The notes under the pieces are model-generated. The model was not told the DNA's origin and searched no databases. It was given only the letters and a program-made list of their open reading frames with translations. DNA of 64,000 nt from Malacoraja senta (Eukaryota). The stretch lies in assembly GCA_038087875.1 (NCBI GenBank), contig CM075978.1, forward strand, positions 81,344,001 through 81,408,000, in the 5' to 3' direction. This document shows, one piece after another, positions 41,021 through 50,877 of the stretch. The position numbers and the translations under genes were made by a program. Position 1 is the stretch's first letter. Each line of letters starts with the position of its first letter.

Positions 41021-41112
41021 CATGTTTGCGCTGAATTTTTTCTAATGTTTGCTAATGTGCCACTACTGCTTACTAACCTTTTACATATTTTGCTTTTATT
41101 TTGCTGGCAAAG
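41021..41112 (+). promoter_or_regulatory. microexon splicing control region: TACTAAC branch point/QKI site, TGC enhancer, AG-exclusion zone
   Basis: TACTAAC at 41071-41077, TAAT half-sites at 41043 and 41053, TGC at 41091 and 41102 (the latter about 10 nt before the exon), and no AG between 41021 and 41110. Confidence 0.65.
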
Positions 41113-41139
41113 TTGCATTGATGAAAGCTGACTTGCAAG
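41113..41139 (+). CDS. NRXN1: alternative 27-nt microexon, neurexin splice site SS6 (VALMKADLQ)
   Basis: ggcaaag|TTGCATTGATGAAAGCTGACTTGCAAG|gtagat; phase 1-1. Reads (V)ALMKADLQ(G), the SS6 insert I recall for mammalian Nrxn1, at the expected position between the LNS5 and EGF-C exons. Confidence 0.92.
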
Positions 41140-41547
41140 GTAGATAGCTGTGTGTTTGTACGAAACAAGACTGAAAACCATGGTCTGTGCAATTTACATA
41201 CAAACAGCGTTTATCTGCTTTGGAACTCGATTACTTTTAAGTCAAAATTTCAGAGAATCAAAGTATTTGTAAAAAAAATATTGCGTATCATGGGGCTTTC
41301 AGTCTTGAATGTTTTTACTAGTTATTTTAGTATGTTGAGTATATTTGTTTACTTATCCCTAAGATTCTAATTTCTATTAGTATCTGTTTTAGAAATGTCA
41401 ACGTTCTTTCACTCATTCTGACACCCAACCTAAAACTGTTCCTTCCTATGTCAAGTTTACAATTAACAGAAAGCATGCAAAATTTAACATTGTAGACCTT
41501 ACAATGTGCTTTGGCAAAAATGCACGTTTTTGTGTGTTTTGACTCAG

Positions 41548-41667
41548 GGCCAAGTACAACGTGCCAAGAGGATTCTTGTGGAAACCAAGGTGTCTGCCTT
41601 CAACAGTGGGATGGCTTCAGCTGTGACTGCACAATGACCTCATATATTGGCACTTTGTGCAATGACC
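41548..41667 (+). CDS. NRXN1: alpha-neurexin coding exon, EGF-C (last alpha-specific exon)
   Basis: Bounded by gactcag|GGCCAAGT...AATGACC|gtaagt; 120 nt, phase 1-1. Encodes (G)[39 protein letters not shown](P), with six EGF cysteines. Confidence 0.96.
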
Positions 41668-42229
41668 GTAAGTAAACATTTATGTTCTGTGACTATATTG
41701 TGCTGCTGTTATTCTGAAATTGCCATAAACAATTACATGACAGATTAGGATGCATCTTAATGGTGAACGATTTGTATAATCATTGATTATATATGCAATC
41801 ATTTTATAAAAAGTGGAGTATGAAATGCAATGTCAAATGCAGAAAAATATATCAGATGCTGCTGATTCCATTGTTTCAGCTACAGTAAAGAGTGCTTGGC
41901 AATAACTTTGCTGAGTTTAATTGTCTAAAAGTAATATTTGTCTGTGATATATGTGGTAACATTCTATACAAATGTTGTGGGGGTCACTTTATTAAGTTAA
42001 TATCCAAGAATATTTTTCAGTGCATCCTACGGCAATATAAGTTATATAAGAAGCAATGATACAGCAAGATGTTTGTTGAATTTAATGATGCGTTATAATG
42101 TGTGAAGTGTACGTTGGAGGAATGTTTCAGCTTGACAGGACAATGTATTGTCATACCTGGTAACAAAATTCTCTTTTCAAATTATCTTTGTTTCAATTCA
42201 CTTTTGTAACATCTTTGCAGTTAAAGGTT

Positions 42230-43110
42230 GCAGAAATGTGACCATCAGTCCACCACGTCCATGCCAATCCTTTGCCCATCACACTACTCTCATTTGGTAC
42301 ACAAAAATGCTGGCGAAACTCAGCGGGTGCAGAGTTTGCACCCGCTGCACCCGCTGAGTTTCTCCAGCATTTTTGTGTACCTTCGATTTTCCAGCATCTG
42401 CAGTTCCTTCTTTAACACACTACTCTCATTTTCCCACTTCAGGTCCATATCCTTCTATGCCTTGCACACTTAAGTGCCTGCCTCAATGTCTCTTAAATAT
42501 AGTGACTGCATCTAATGCTACTACCTCCTCTGACAAAGAGTTCCAGATAGCAACCTTTTTTATATGTAGAAGTCTACTTTAGAAATCAATTCTCTAAGCT
42601 TAAATGTATGCTCTCTTGTTTGTGATACCACCACCAAGGGGAAAAAGTTCTATCTACCCTATCTATGCCTCCTATAATTTTATAAACCCCTGCTCAAGGG
42701 AAAACAAACCCAACCTATTCATTTTCTTCCCATAATAAAAGTCCTTCAATCCAAAAAACATCCTGGTGAATATCCTTTGCATTCTCTCCAGCGCATATGT
42801 ATCCTTCTTATAGTGTGGTGACAAGAACTGCAAACAATTCTCCAAGTGCAGTCTAATTGGTGTTTTGTAAAGTTGCAATATCCCAACTTTTATATCCTGT
42901 GTCCTCTTGTATGAAGGTAAGCATGCCTTATACCTTCTTCACCATGCTACCTTTCCGTGATGCTACTTTAAGGGAACTATAGGCTTCAACCCCAAGATCC
43001 CCTTGTCCATCAACATGACTTAATACCCTATGATTTACTGCATGTGTACTACCTCTATATGACTTCCTAAAATGCATTACCTCACACTTGCCAGGATTAA
43101 ATACCGTCTG
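42230..43110 (-). mobile_element. old CR1 3' fragment interrupted by a Penelope fold-back insertion
   Basis: LYKTPIRLHLENCLQFLSPHYKKD and FNPGKCEVMHF motifs. Confidence 0.75.
42296..42415 (+). mobile_element. Penelope pseudo-LTR tail with inverted 5' duplication (fold-back) and 16-bp TSD
   Basis: 37-bp inverted arms at 42296-42332 and 42345-42381 (1 mismatch); TSD CACACTACTCTCATTT at 42280-42295 and 42416-42431. Confidence 0.85.
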
Positions 43111-44499
43111 CCAACGCACTGCCTACTTCCCTCTGGAACAACTACGCAGGAAGAGGCATTAAGACAAGTGGGTCCAGGGTTTCTCGCTAGAATATCCCCA
43201 GCTGATCTCTTTTCTGGGATCAATTTCTTGCATTGGTGTCTCACCTTCCAGCCATCTGTCATTTTCTGTCACTTCTGTTAGCATATGCAGACGAGGCCAG
43301 TGTTTTACGATCCCAAGGTGAACTTGGTTTGCTGCCCATCTTGATCCCCAGCTGCCCATATTGAATGACCTTGATGTACGCAAGGAGACTGCAGTTGACA
43401 ATCCTTTTATGTTTTATTTTTCAGTCTGCCAGTTTCCATTTAACATTATGTTCTGATTCAAAGATGAAACCTCAATGGAACAAATGTATATTTGTACAAT
43501 TCTCAGTGATTTGCCTGAGTAATGAGTAACAGGATAATTATATTTACACCATTAAAGGAAACTGTACCAGTGTGTTCAGATCATGCACAGCAATTATTTG
43601 CGGTAATTGCAAAAATTTAGATTTAAAAAATCCAAATAACTGATACTTATCACTCAATTTCAGGATGAAATTGTAAATGTTCATTAAAACGATTATTTAG
43701 CTTTGAGTCCAGGGCAGTTCTAGGTTGTACTGAAAGTACAAGGTGCAAGTACACTCTTGTAAATGGACATTTAATTCCACACCCAACAGTGACTGGTGAA
43801 TGTAGTTCAGAGAAAGGTGCTATCTCTGTGGAGTTTGCATGTCCTCCCTGTGATCACATTGATTTATTCCAGATGTTTTGTTTTCTTTACCCCACATCCC
43901 AAAGATGTGGAGATTGATAGATTAATTGTCAACTCTACATTTCCCCTTTTGTGTTGAAGAGTGGTCAAATCTGGGAACATTGGAAATAAGGTTGTGTATG
44001 CATAGTTTGGAATGGCAAGAAGGGGACTTCATTGAAATGTGTAGAATGACAGGTTGGATAGAGAGAGAATGATTTCCACCTATAGGGGAATCTAGTAATA
44101 AGGATTCCTTTTTAAAGGTAAGTGATCATCCATATGACAAACAAAATACATTATTTTTCTTTCTCTTGGGGTGTAATGAGTCATTGGAGTTTCCTCCTTG
44201 TGACTATTTTTAAGGCAGAGATAGATAAAGTTTTAATCAGCGATGATGAAAGGATGAATAGGAATGTAAAGTTGCAGTTAAAATCAGATCAGATGTGAAC
44301 TTATTGAATGGTGGAACAGGCTCAAATGGATGAACGACCTATGTACAAGGTGACAATGAATAAAACAAATGTTGACACTCAGATCTATATGCAGAGTTGC
44401 CTGAAGCCAACATTACCGCAATCTGTCACGTGCATACGTTGACTTGTACGAAAAGATGAGTAAGCAACCTTTGCCAATGTACAGACAAAATATCTTAAC

Positions 44500-45340
44500 A
44501 CATCTACAAAACTACCTAATGATTTGAAATCAGCCCTGATAAACTTTGAATTGAATATGAGCAACATATTACAAGATAACATTCACTGGATGTTCATTCA
44601 AGATTCAAGTGATAGGCTTCGGTACCAAAGAAGAGAATGTTTACATTTTAAAGATATTGAGATGGCTACAGAAATAAATGGAAATTGCAAAAGAATTAAA
44701 TTTGCATTTGTATTGATGATAGTAGTGTATCTTGGATTAAAAGCCGATGCAAATGGATTGCAACTGGTCAAAGAGAAGACAGAAGAGATTATGAAGGTAA
44801 AGGAATGTGAAAACATTTTAAAAAAAAATAGCCAAGCCAAACCAGCAAAGGCACTTTTTAGAGTTGGAGATGGCTGTTGAGACCTTTCCAAAGAGCACAG
44901 ATTATTGCTAGTTGATATTCATAGCTACTTCAAATAGATTGATGTAAGCAGATTGAGTCTCATATTACAGGGGATACAATTGAAGTATTGAGATCCATTT
45001 TCTTATGGCATGAGTTACCATATAATTTAGTCTTGGATAAAGGTTTTCAGTTTTGTTCTATTCTATTACAAATCTTTATGAAGTGGAATAATAAGAAATA
45101 CTTGCTTATTTCACCATGTTATCCAGAGCCAGAGACCATGAGAATTATGAAAGGAGTACTGTAGAAACAAATATGACAAGGATATTATGAAGGCACTCAA
45201 GTTTAACAATGAGGCATTTACTAGCAAGTTTTTTGTTCAACTACAGAACAATGCCATAAACCGCAACAGGTTATAATCTCTAAGTTATTCAAAGTAGAAA
45301 ACTCTACATAATTGAGCTTAATTCAGCCATATCTTGAGAT
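44500..45340 (+). mobile_element. highly decayed Ty3/Gypsy integrase fragment
   Basis: Frameshifted peptides SWRWLLRPFQRAQI (about 44862), LLLVD, DTIEVLRSIFLWHELPYNLVLDKGFQF (44973-45053), FMKWN..YLLISPCYP and LASFLFNYRTMP*TATG follow the order of the rve integrase core. Confidence 0.7.
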
Positions 45341-45451
45341 GAGAGTAGAAGAAAAAGTAGAAAGAAAAATTAAATTTTGATACAAGCCAGAAAAGTGACA
45401 TTTTAAATAAAAAGATAGAATATTCATGTCAGCATCACCTTTTCACTCTAA

Positions 45452-45707
45452 TGGGCCTGTCCCACAGCCACGTTTTTAGGCGACTGCCAGCGACTAGGAC
45501 AATGGAATTCACCGAAGTCAGCACTGGCGACAACCTACATCACCTGGTGACAACCTACATTAACCTGGCGACAACCTACGACAACACCTACGACAACCTA
45601 CGACAGCCCAAATTGTTGTTAATGTCGCCGAAAATTTGTAACATGTTGAAAAATTTTCAGCAGTCGCCTGTAGTCACCTAAAAAATCGCCTAAGTAGGTC
45701 AGGCCCA
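45452..45707. mobile_element. PIF/Harbinger-type MITE
   Basis: TGGGCCTGTCCCAC...GTAGGTCAGGCCCA, flanks TAA and TTA, internal (ACGACAACCT)-like repeats. Confidence 0.75.
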
Positions 45708-45837
45708 TTACAGTCAAGGATAAGGTGCTGGAATAAAGTAGCACAGGCAGAGGGAAATTTGGTGAAAATGCAAGAGAGAATTGAAACTGTAAAACATAAG
45801 TCACTTTATTCCTGCGCGTGATGTACAAGAGAATATT

Positions 45838-46200
45838 TCAATACGATACAATACGATATGATACGATAGAACTTTATTTATCCCAGGAGGAAATTGGTCT
45901 GCCAACAGTCATAAAACACAACAAGATAAGATGAACATGAAATTAAAGTGACGAGTCGAAAGTCCAGGGTTGGGGATGTGCAAAGATTGGGGAGGGGGTA
46001 AGGGGAGTCAGTCTACCCCACGACAGAATGAGGAGGAGTTGTACAGTTTGACAGCCACAGGGAAAAAGGATCTCCTGTGGCGTTCTGTGTTGCATCTTGT
46101 TGGAACCAGTCTGTTGCTGAAGGTGCTCCCAGCCTTCCTGATGAGCATGTTGATCCTGTTGTCTACCGCAGCATTCGCCCTGCTACCCCAGCACACGACA
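45838..46200 (-). mobile_element. Rex1/Babar 3' fragment
   Basis: RCNTERHRRSFFPVAVKLYN; AATAAA followed by a (TATCG)n tail on the minus strand. Confidence 0.8.
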
Positions 46201-46459
46201 GTGAAGAAATTTGAAAGTTATGTGATCATTCATGTATCCCAGAAGTTAAGCTAGTGCAATAAATTTAATAGAAGAAACGGTGCAAGATACTAGTTAATTG
46301 AGTCAGGACAGTGACAGCTTCTTCAACTTAAGCAGTGGATATATTGTCAGAAATATAGTTTCTAGAAACCAGAGCGACTCAGAAATAAGGAGAGATGTGA
46401 AATTGATAAATAATGCAAATGACTCTTTTCAAAAAGGAGAATACAGTGTGGTGTATGTA

Positions 46460-47195
46460 CCATATTTCCCGGCAATGAAGACGCACCTGCATCGAAGACG
46501 CACCGCCAATTTAATTTGCTAAATTTTGAGAAAAGGATGGCGGGACAGGATCAAGGGTTTGGTTTAGTCCAGGGGTCGGCAACATCGCCTGCGTGCCCCG
46601 GGACTGGCTTCAGTTCCCAGATCCCTCGCGTCCCTGGGACGAGCTGCAGTTCCCAGTTCGCCTGCCCCGGGACTGGCTCTAGCACCCAGGTCACCTGCCC
46701 CGGGACTAGTAGAGAGGGAGAGAGAGCGAGGCCGGGATGAAGCAGCCAGCTTTCTGCCCAGTAGCTACCCACCAACCACCACCTCCACCGGTTGCGCCTG
46801 TGCCGAAGGACACCGTGGCTGACTGGCTGGCGGGCCAGCAGACGGCACTGAGGCGGCGGCGGTTCCGCTGACCGGTCCCGGCGGCCGCTCACAGCGACCT
46901 GAGTTACTTCCCACCCCGGGCCAGACTCCCCACAAGCTGTGAAAGGAAATCTTCCCCCCCCCCAGCTGTGCTGTCCTTTTACAGCCGCTTCCCACTTTAC
47001 ATCAGCTGCCAGCAATGAGAGATAGACTTGGCTATCCCTCAGTACAGCAACATCGTTCTTGATGTTGCTGTACTGAGGGATAGCAAAGTCTACCTTTCTT
47101 GGCTAACAACCTAACCTTCGGCCTCCAAGACGCAGGTACATTTTTGTGCCTTATTTTTGGGTAAAAAATAGCGTCTTCATTGTCGGGAAATACGG
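46460..47195. mobile_element. non-autonomous Tc1/mariner (Tc2-like) DNA transposon
   Basis: 25-bp TIRs CC(A/G)TATTTCCCG(G/A)CAATGAAGACGC, TA on both sides, GC-rich interior with roughly 36-bp repeats and a 32-bp hairpin. Confidence 0.85.
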
Positions 47196-48444
47196 TAAAT
47201 GCATGATACGCTCAGGACAGTGAGAGAGAGTAAAATAAATAGAATGATGTGAATTTTCAGTTTACTTGTCATTACGTGCAGTTTGAATAAACCGTGTGCA
47301 TAATTGCTAATGATGAATTTATAATTGTTGAGGATTATAATACCTTACAATTGGTAATTGTCATTTATATATAAATCAATTTTCAAAATCTCTTCTACTT
47401 ACATATGTGTATTTATATACATATATATGCATATGTATGTAATTCAATCCTGAATTTAAAATTCATTGATCTTTTTTTGTTAATTCAACCAGATGAAGAC
47501 TCATTGTTACCACTCTGCTATTCCCACCAGATGGCAGTGTGCTCATTTAAACAGTACTTTATTCTACAATGTCATACCTTTATTTACATGCTTTTAATAA
47601 CAAAGTAGGCAATTTTTAATAAAACCTCAAAAAATAGTTAAGATTTTATTCCTTGCATGCAAAGTTCAATCTAATTCAGTGGGAACTTCGCAGAATAATA
47701 CCTTTGGAAACATTTTGATGAAAAGACATGGTAAATATTTCTCTGCAAAATATGAGATAATAGGATTTAATTCTTGGTATAACCGGACGCACGAGCTGAT
47801 AATTATTTGCAGTGTGCATGTTTAATAAATGCATTTTTCCCCATTTCAACAGTTCTCTTCATCACCCAGCATCACTTGGTTTTTTATCACGGAACAATAT
47901 TGAAGAAGGTCCCTTTGTCTTCCCCATAGATACTGTATCTAAGCACACCGCAAGGTGAAAAAACCCAAATAAATCAGGGTTTATAAATCTGGCTATTTCT
48001 GTTATTAAAAATATAAATCAAGCTAATAAAATGAATTATTTCAGATATCATGATGTCTTGACATAAACTAATTGGTTAACTTTGAAGATTGTTCAGAAAG
48101 CTTTACATGGAACAATTGTCAAGACTCTGGTTGGACATTTATTATTTATTTTTCACGTTCTGCGCAGAGTTTTGATATAATTGAATTACTATACGATGTA
48201 TATCAAATTTAAATAAGATCACAGGAAACCCGTTTATACAGGGGTATTATAAGGAATTAATTTGGTGATAAACAAAGTGGGAGGGGGGGGGGATATCTGG
48301 TCCTCTGCTTATCGAATTTAAATGTTGTACCTTAGTCTTGTTTTATAGTTTGGACAGTTACAAATATACAATAAAACTTTTAAAATGTCTTATGAAAGTA
48401 ATGAACAAAAAAATATATAATTTTAGAGACCAATAATAATAATA

Positions 48445-49113
48445 ATTTTTGAGACCAAAATCTTTGTGCGGCTGGAATTCACCGGGACCCCCAGTTCAAG
48501 CGCTACATCCGACCCACCGCCGTTGAAACCCTTCACCGGTCTCTCCGGAGGAGGTCGTGTGAGTGGGAATGAGGAGAGAAGGTAGGGGAGAAGGGGATAG
48601 AGGGAGAGGGGGATAAAGAGGTTGGGGGAGAGGGGGATAGTGAGGATTGGGTGGGAAGAAGAGGAGGAGGAGAGATAGAGTGGCGGTTCCCATTTCTCAG
48701 CAGCTGGTACACGGGTGTGGGGTGCTGTGACCTCTCGGAGGGGATGGAGGGGACAGTCCCAGTCGGTCCAGGACATGGTGGGGCTGGCAGACCATGTCCC
48801 CACGGGTCAGGGGGTTGCTGCCAGGAGGGGGAGCTCCCCATATACTGGCCCTCTGATGGCCGGCGGGGACCCTCACCGGGCGCTGGGCTGTGGACCAGGG
48901 TCTGGGATGGGCCAGGCAACGAGGGCTGGGGTCGGTTCAGCGGGACGCGGCCTCTGTCCCACCAGTAGTCGTGTTTTCTGGGCTACACTGCCGTTGTACA
49001 CCTGTGGCGTGGTAGATGTGAGTGAGCCCACAGGCACATTTTCGACTTACGATATTTTCGATTTACGATGGGTTTATCGGAACGTAACCCCATCGTAAGT
49101 TGAGGAGCACCTG
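48445..49113. mobile_element. Tigger/pogo-type non-autonomous element, one TIR only
   Basis: Right end ...CCCATCGTAAGTTGAGGAGCACCTG|TA with subterminal TTACGAT repeats. No left TIR was found, so the left boundary is approximate. Confidence 0.65.
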
Positions 49114-49529
49114 TACACGTATCTGCCTGCGAATTGAAGAAAGCACTGCTGGCTTGGAGTCTATTATTCAAAAAGTTCCATGAATCTCAATCTAATTCAC
49201 TAGAAACATAAATCACACTTGTTCAAAACAATGAATGTTGCAGGACTGTTTACACATACACAATGCTTAATATTGATTATCAGAACAAAGTGAAATGCAT
49301 TACGCATACAAACCATATAATTGCCTGAAACTTCAAGGATTTCTGCATTGTAAATCAGGAAAGCCTCAGTTGTCTCTACAGTGTTATATTTAGGAGCATG
49401 GTTGTGACTGGGCATATTTGACGTATGATTACATATGAATGTGTGCTCCAAGCTGAATCGATCCACAGCCAAGCCAATGAATAGATTGAACTCACATCAG
49501 TTAAGGTGGAACAGGATGACATCTTTGAA

Positions 49530-50100
49530 AATACATGTCGTGCCTCCATTCCCCGCATATTAACGTGCCTATCTAAAAGCCTGTCAAATACCACTATCGT
49601 CTCTGCTTCCACAACCATCCCTGGCAGTGTGTTCCAGGCACCTCCCATTCACTGTGTAAAAAGCTTGCTCTGCACCTCTCTTTTAACCTTTGCCTTAATC
49701 TTTTTCCCTCTTAAAGCTAAGCCCTCTTTAATTTGACATTTCCAACCGGCTTAAAGATTCTGACTGAATACTATATCCATGACTCTCATAACATTATAAA
49801 CATATATCAGATCTCCCCTCAACCTCTAACACCTTAAAGATAGCAATCCAAGTTTTTCAAACCTCTCCTTAAAGCTAATACCTTTTAATCCAGGTAGCAT
49901 TCTGATAAATGTAATAAAAAGGAACTTTGGTAAATGTTCTCTGTGCCCCCTCCTTAGCTTCCTTATCCTTTCTGTATTGGGGCAACCAAAACTACACGCA
50001 TGCTCCAAATGTCCGCTAACAAAAGTTTTATAAAGCTGCAATATGACTTTCTCTCTCTGAAATTCACTGCCCCAGCCAACGAAAACAAGCATACCTACTA
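49530..50100 (-). mobile_element. CR1 3' fragment
   Basis: LQLYKTFV..HLE and AWNTLPGMVVEA motifs. Confidence 0.75.
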
Positions 50101-50345
50101 ATATCAGGGAAGTTAGTCATCCACTATGACAATGCTGTTTTTACATCTTTACATAGTCTGTCTCCATATCATTTCCTCTATCCCCTGCTGACTGTTGATA
50201 GTTGTGCTCATAAAAGTTGTGCTCATAATATAATCCCATCTTGCACCTGTGATTGCACCTTTTTTTCTTTGTGAGCTCCATCCATCCTGGCTCAGTGGAT
50301 GAACCCTCCTGTGTGACCTCTTGGAGGGGTGAGGAGGAACTTCTT

Positions 50346-50486
50346 CTTCTTCTTGCATATGATGTGCACAGCCTAAAGTTGTAGATCAAGTGGCATGAAA
50401 AACTACATCTATTTGTATGTGCACGTCGGGTTGATTGCATTAGTCAAAACGGGGTGGACCACGTGAAGGTTGCAATCTCCCATCCC
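50346..50486 (-). mobile_element. short non-autonomous non-LTR retroelement with (GAA)n tail (possibly Vingi/Ingi- or RTE-mobilised)
   Basis: 15-bp TSD GAGGAGGAACTTCTT at 50331-50345 and 50487-50501; minus-strand 3' end CATATGC(AAG)n; inserted in a CR1 3' fragment. Confidence 0.8.
50433..50486 (-). ncRNA. minimal HDV-like self-cleaving ribozyme fold (54 nt) at the 5' end of a SINE-like element
   Basis: Minus strand: GGGAUGG(P1)-GA-GAUUGCA(P2)-ACC(P3)-UUCACGU(L3)-GGU(P3')-CCACCCC(P1')-GUUUUGA-CUAA(J4/2)-UGCAAUC(P2'). P2 pairs 7/7, P3 3/3 and P1 6/7. Confidence 0.8.
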
Positions 50487-50877
50487 GAGGAGGAACTTCT
50501 TTAGTCAGAGGGTAGCCTGTCACAGAGAGCTGTGGAGGCCAAGTCAGTGGATATTTTTAAGGCAGTAGACAACTTCTGGATTAGAATGGGTGTCAAAGGT
50601 TATGGGGAGAAGGCAGGTAAATGGGATTAGAAGGCAGAGATTAGCCATGATTGAATGGCAGAGTAGACTTGATGGGCCAAATGGCCTAATTCTACTCCTA
50701 TAACATGTGAATATCACTGGTGCCAATATGTACCACGCTCTTTGGCTGTTAACCCTCCGGTCTGAGAATGTCCTGTGTCTGCTCAAAGACATCATGGACA
50801 CTGACGTTAGGAAGGCAAGACATCATCCTGGACTCTCACTTGCGGCCATAGATATGACTATCCATAACCCTCACTAT

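Noticed and set aside
46588-46710. Spaced repeats resembling a CRISPR array
   Set aside because: Degenerate minisatellite of about 36 bp inside a DNA transposon in a vertebrate intron; the spacers are related to each other and there are no cas genes.
48423-49098. Overlapping GC-rich ORFs on both strands
   Set aside because: Low-complexity interior of a Tigger-like element; ORF length is explained by GC content.
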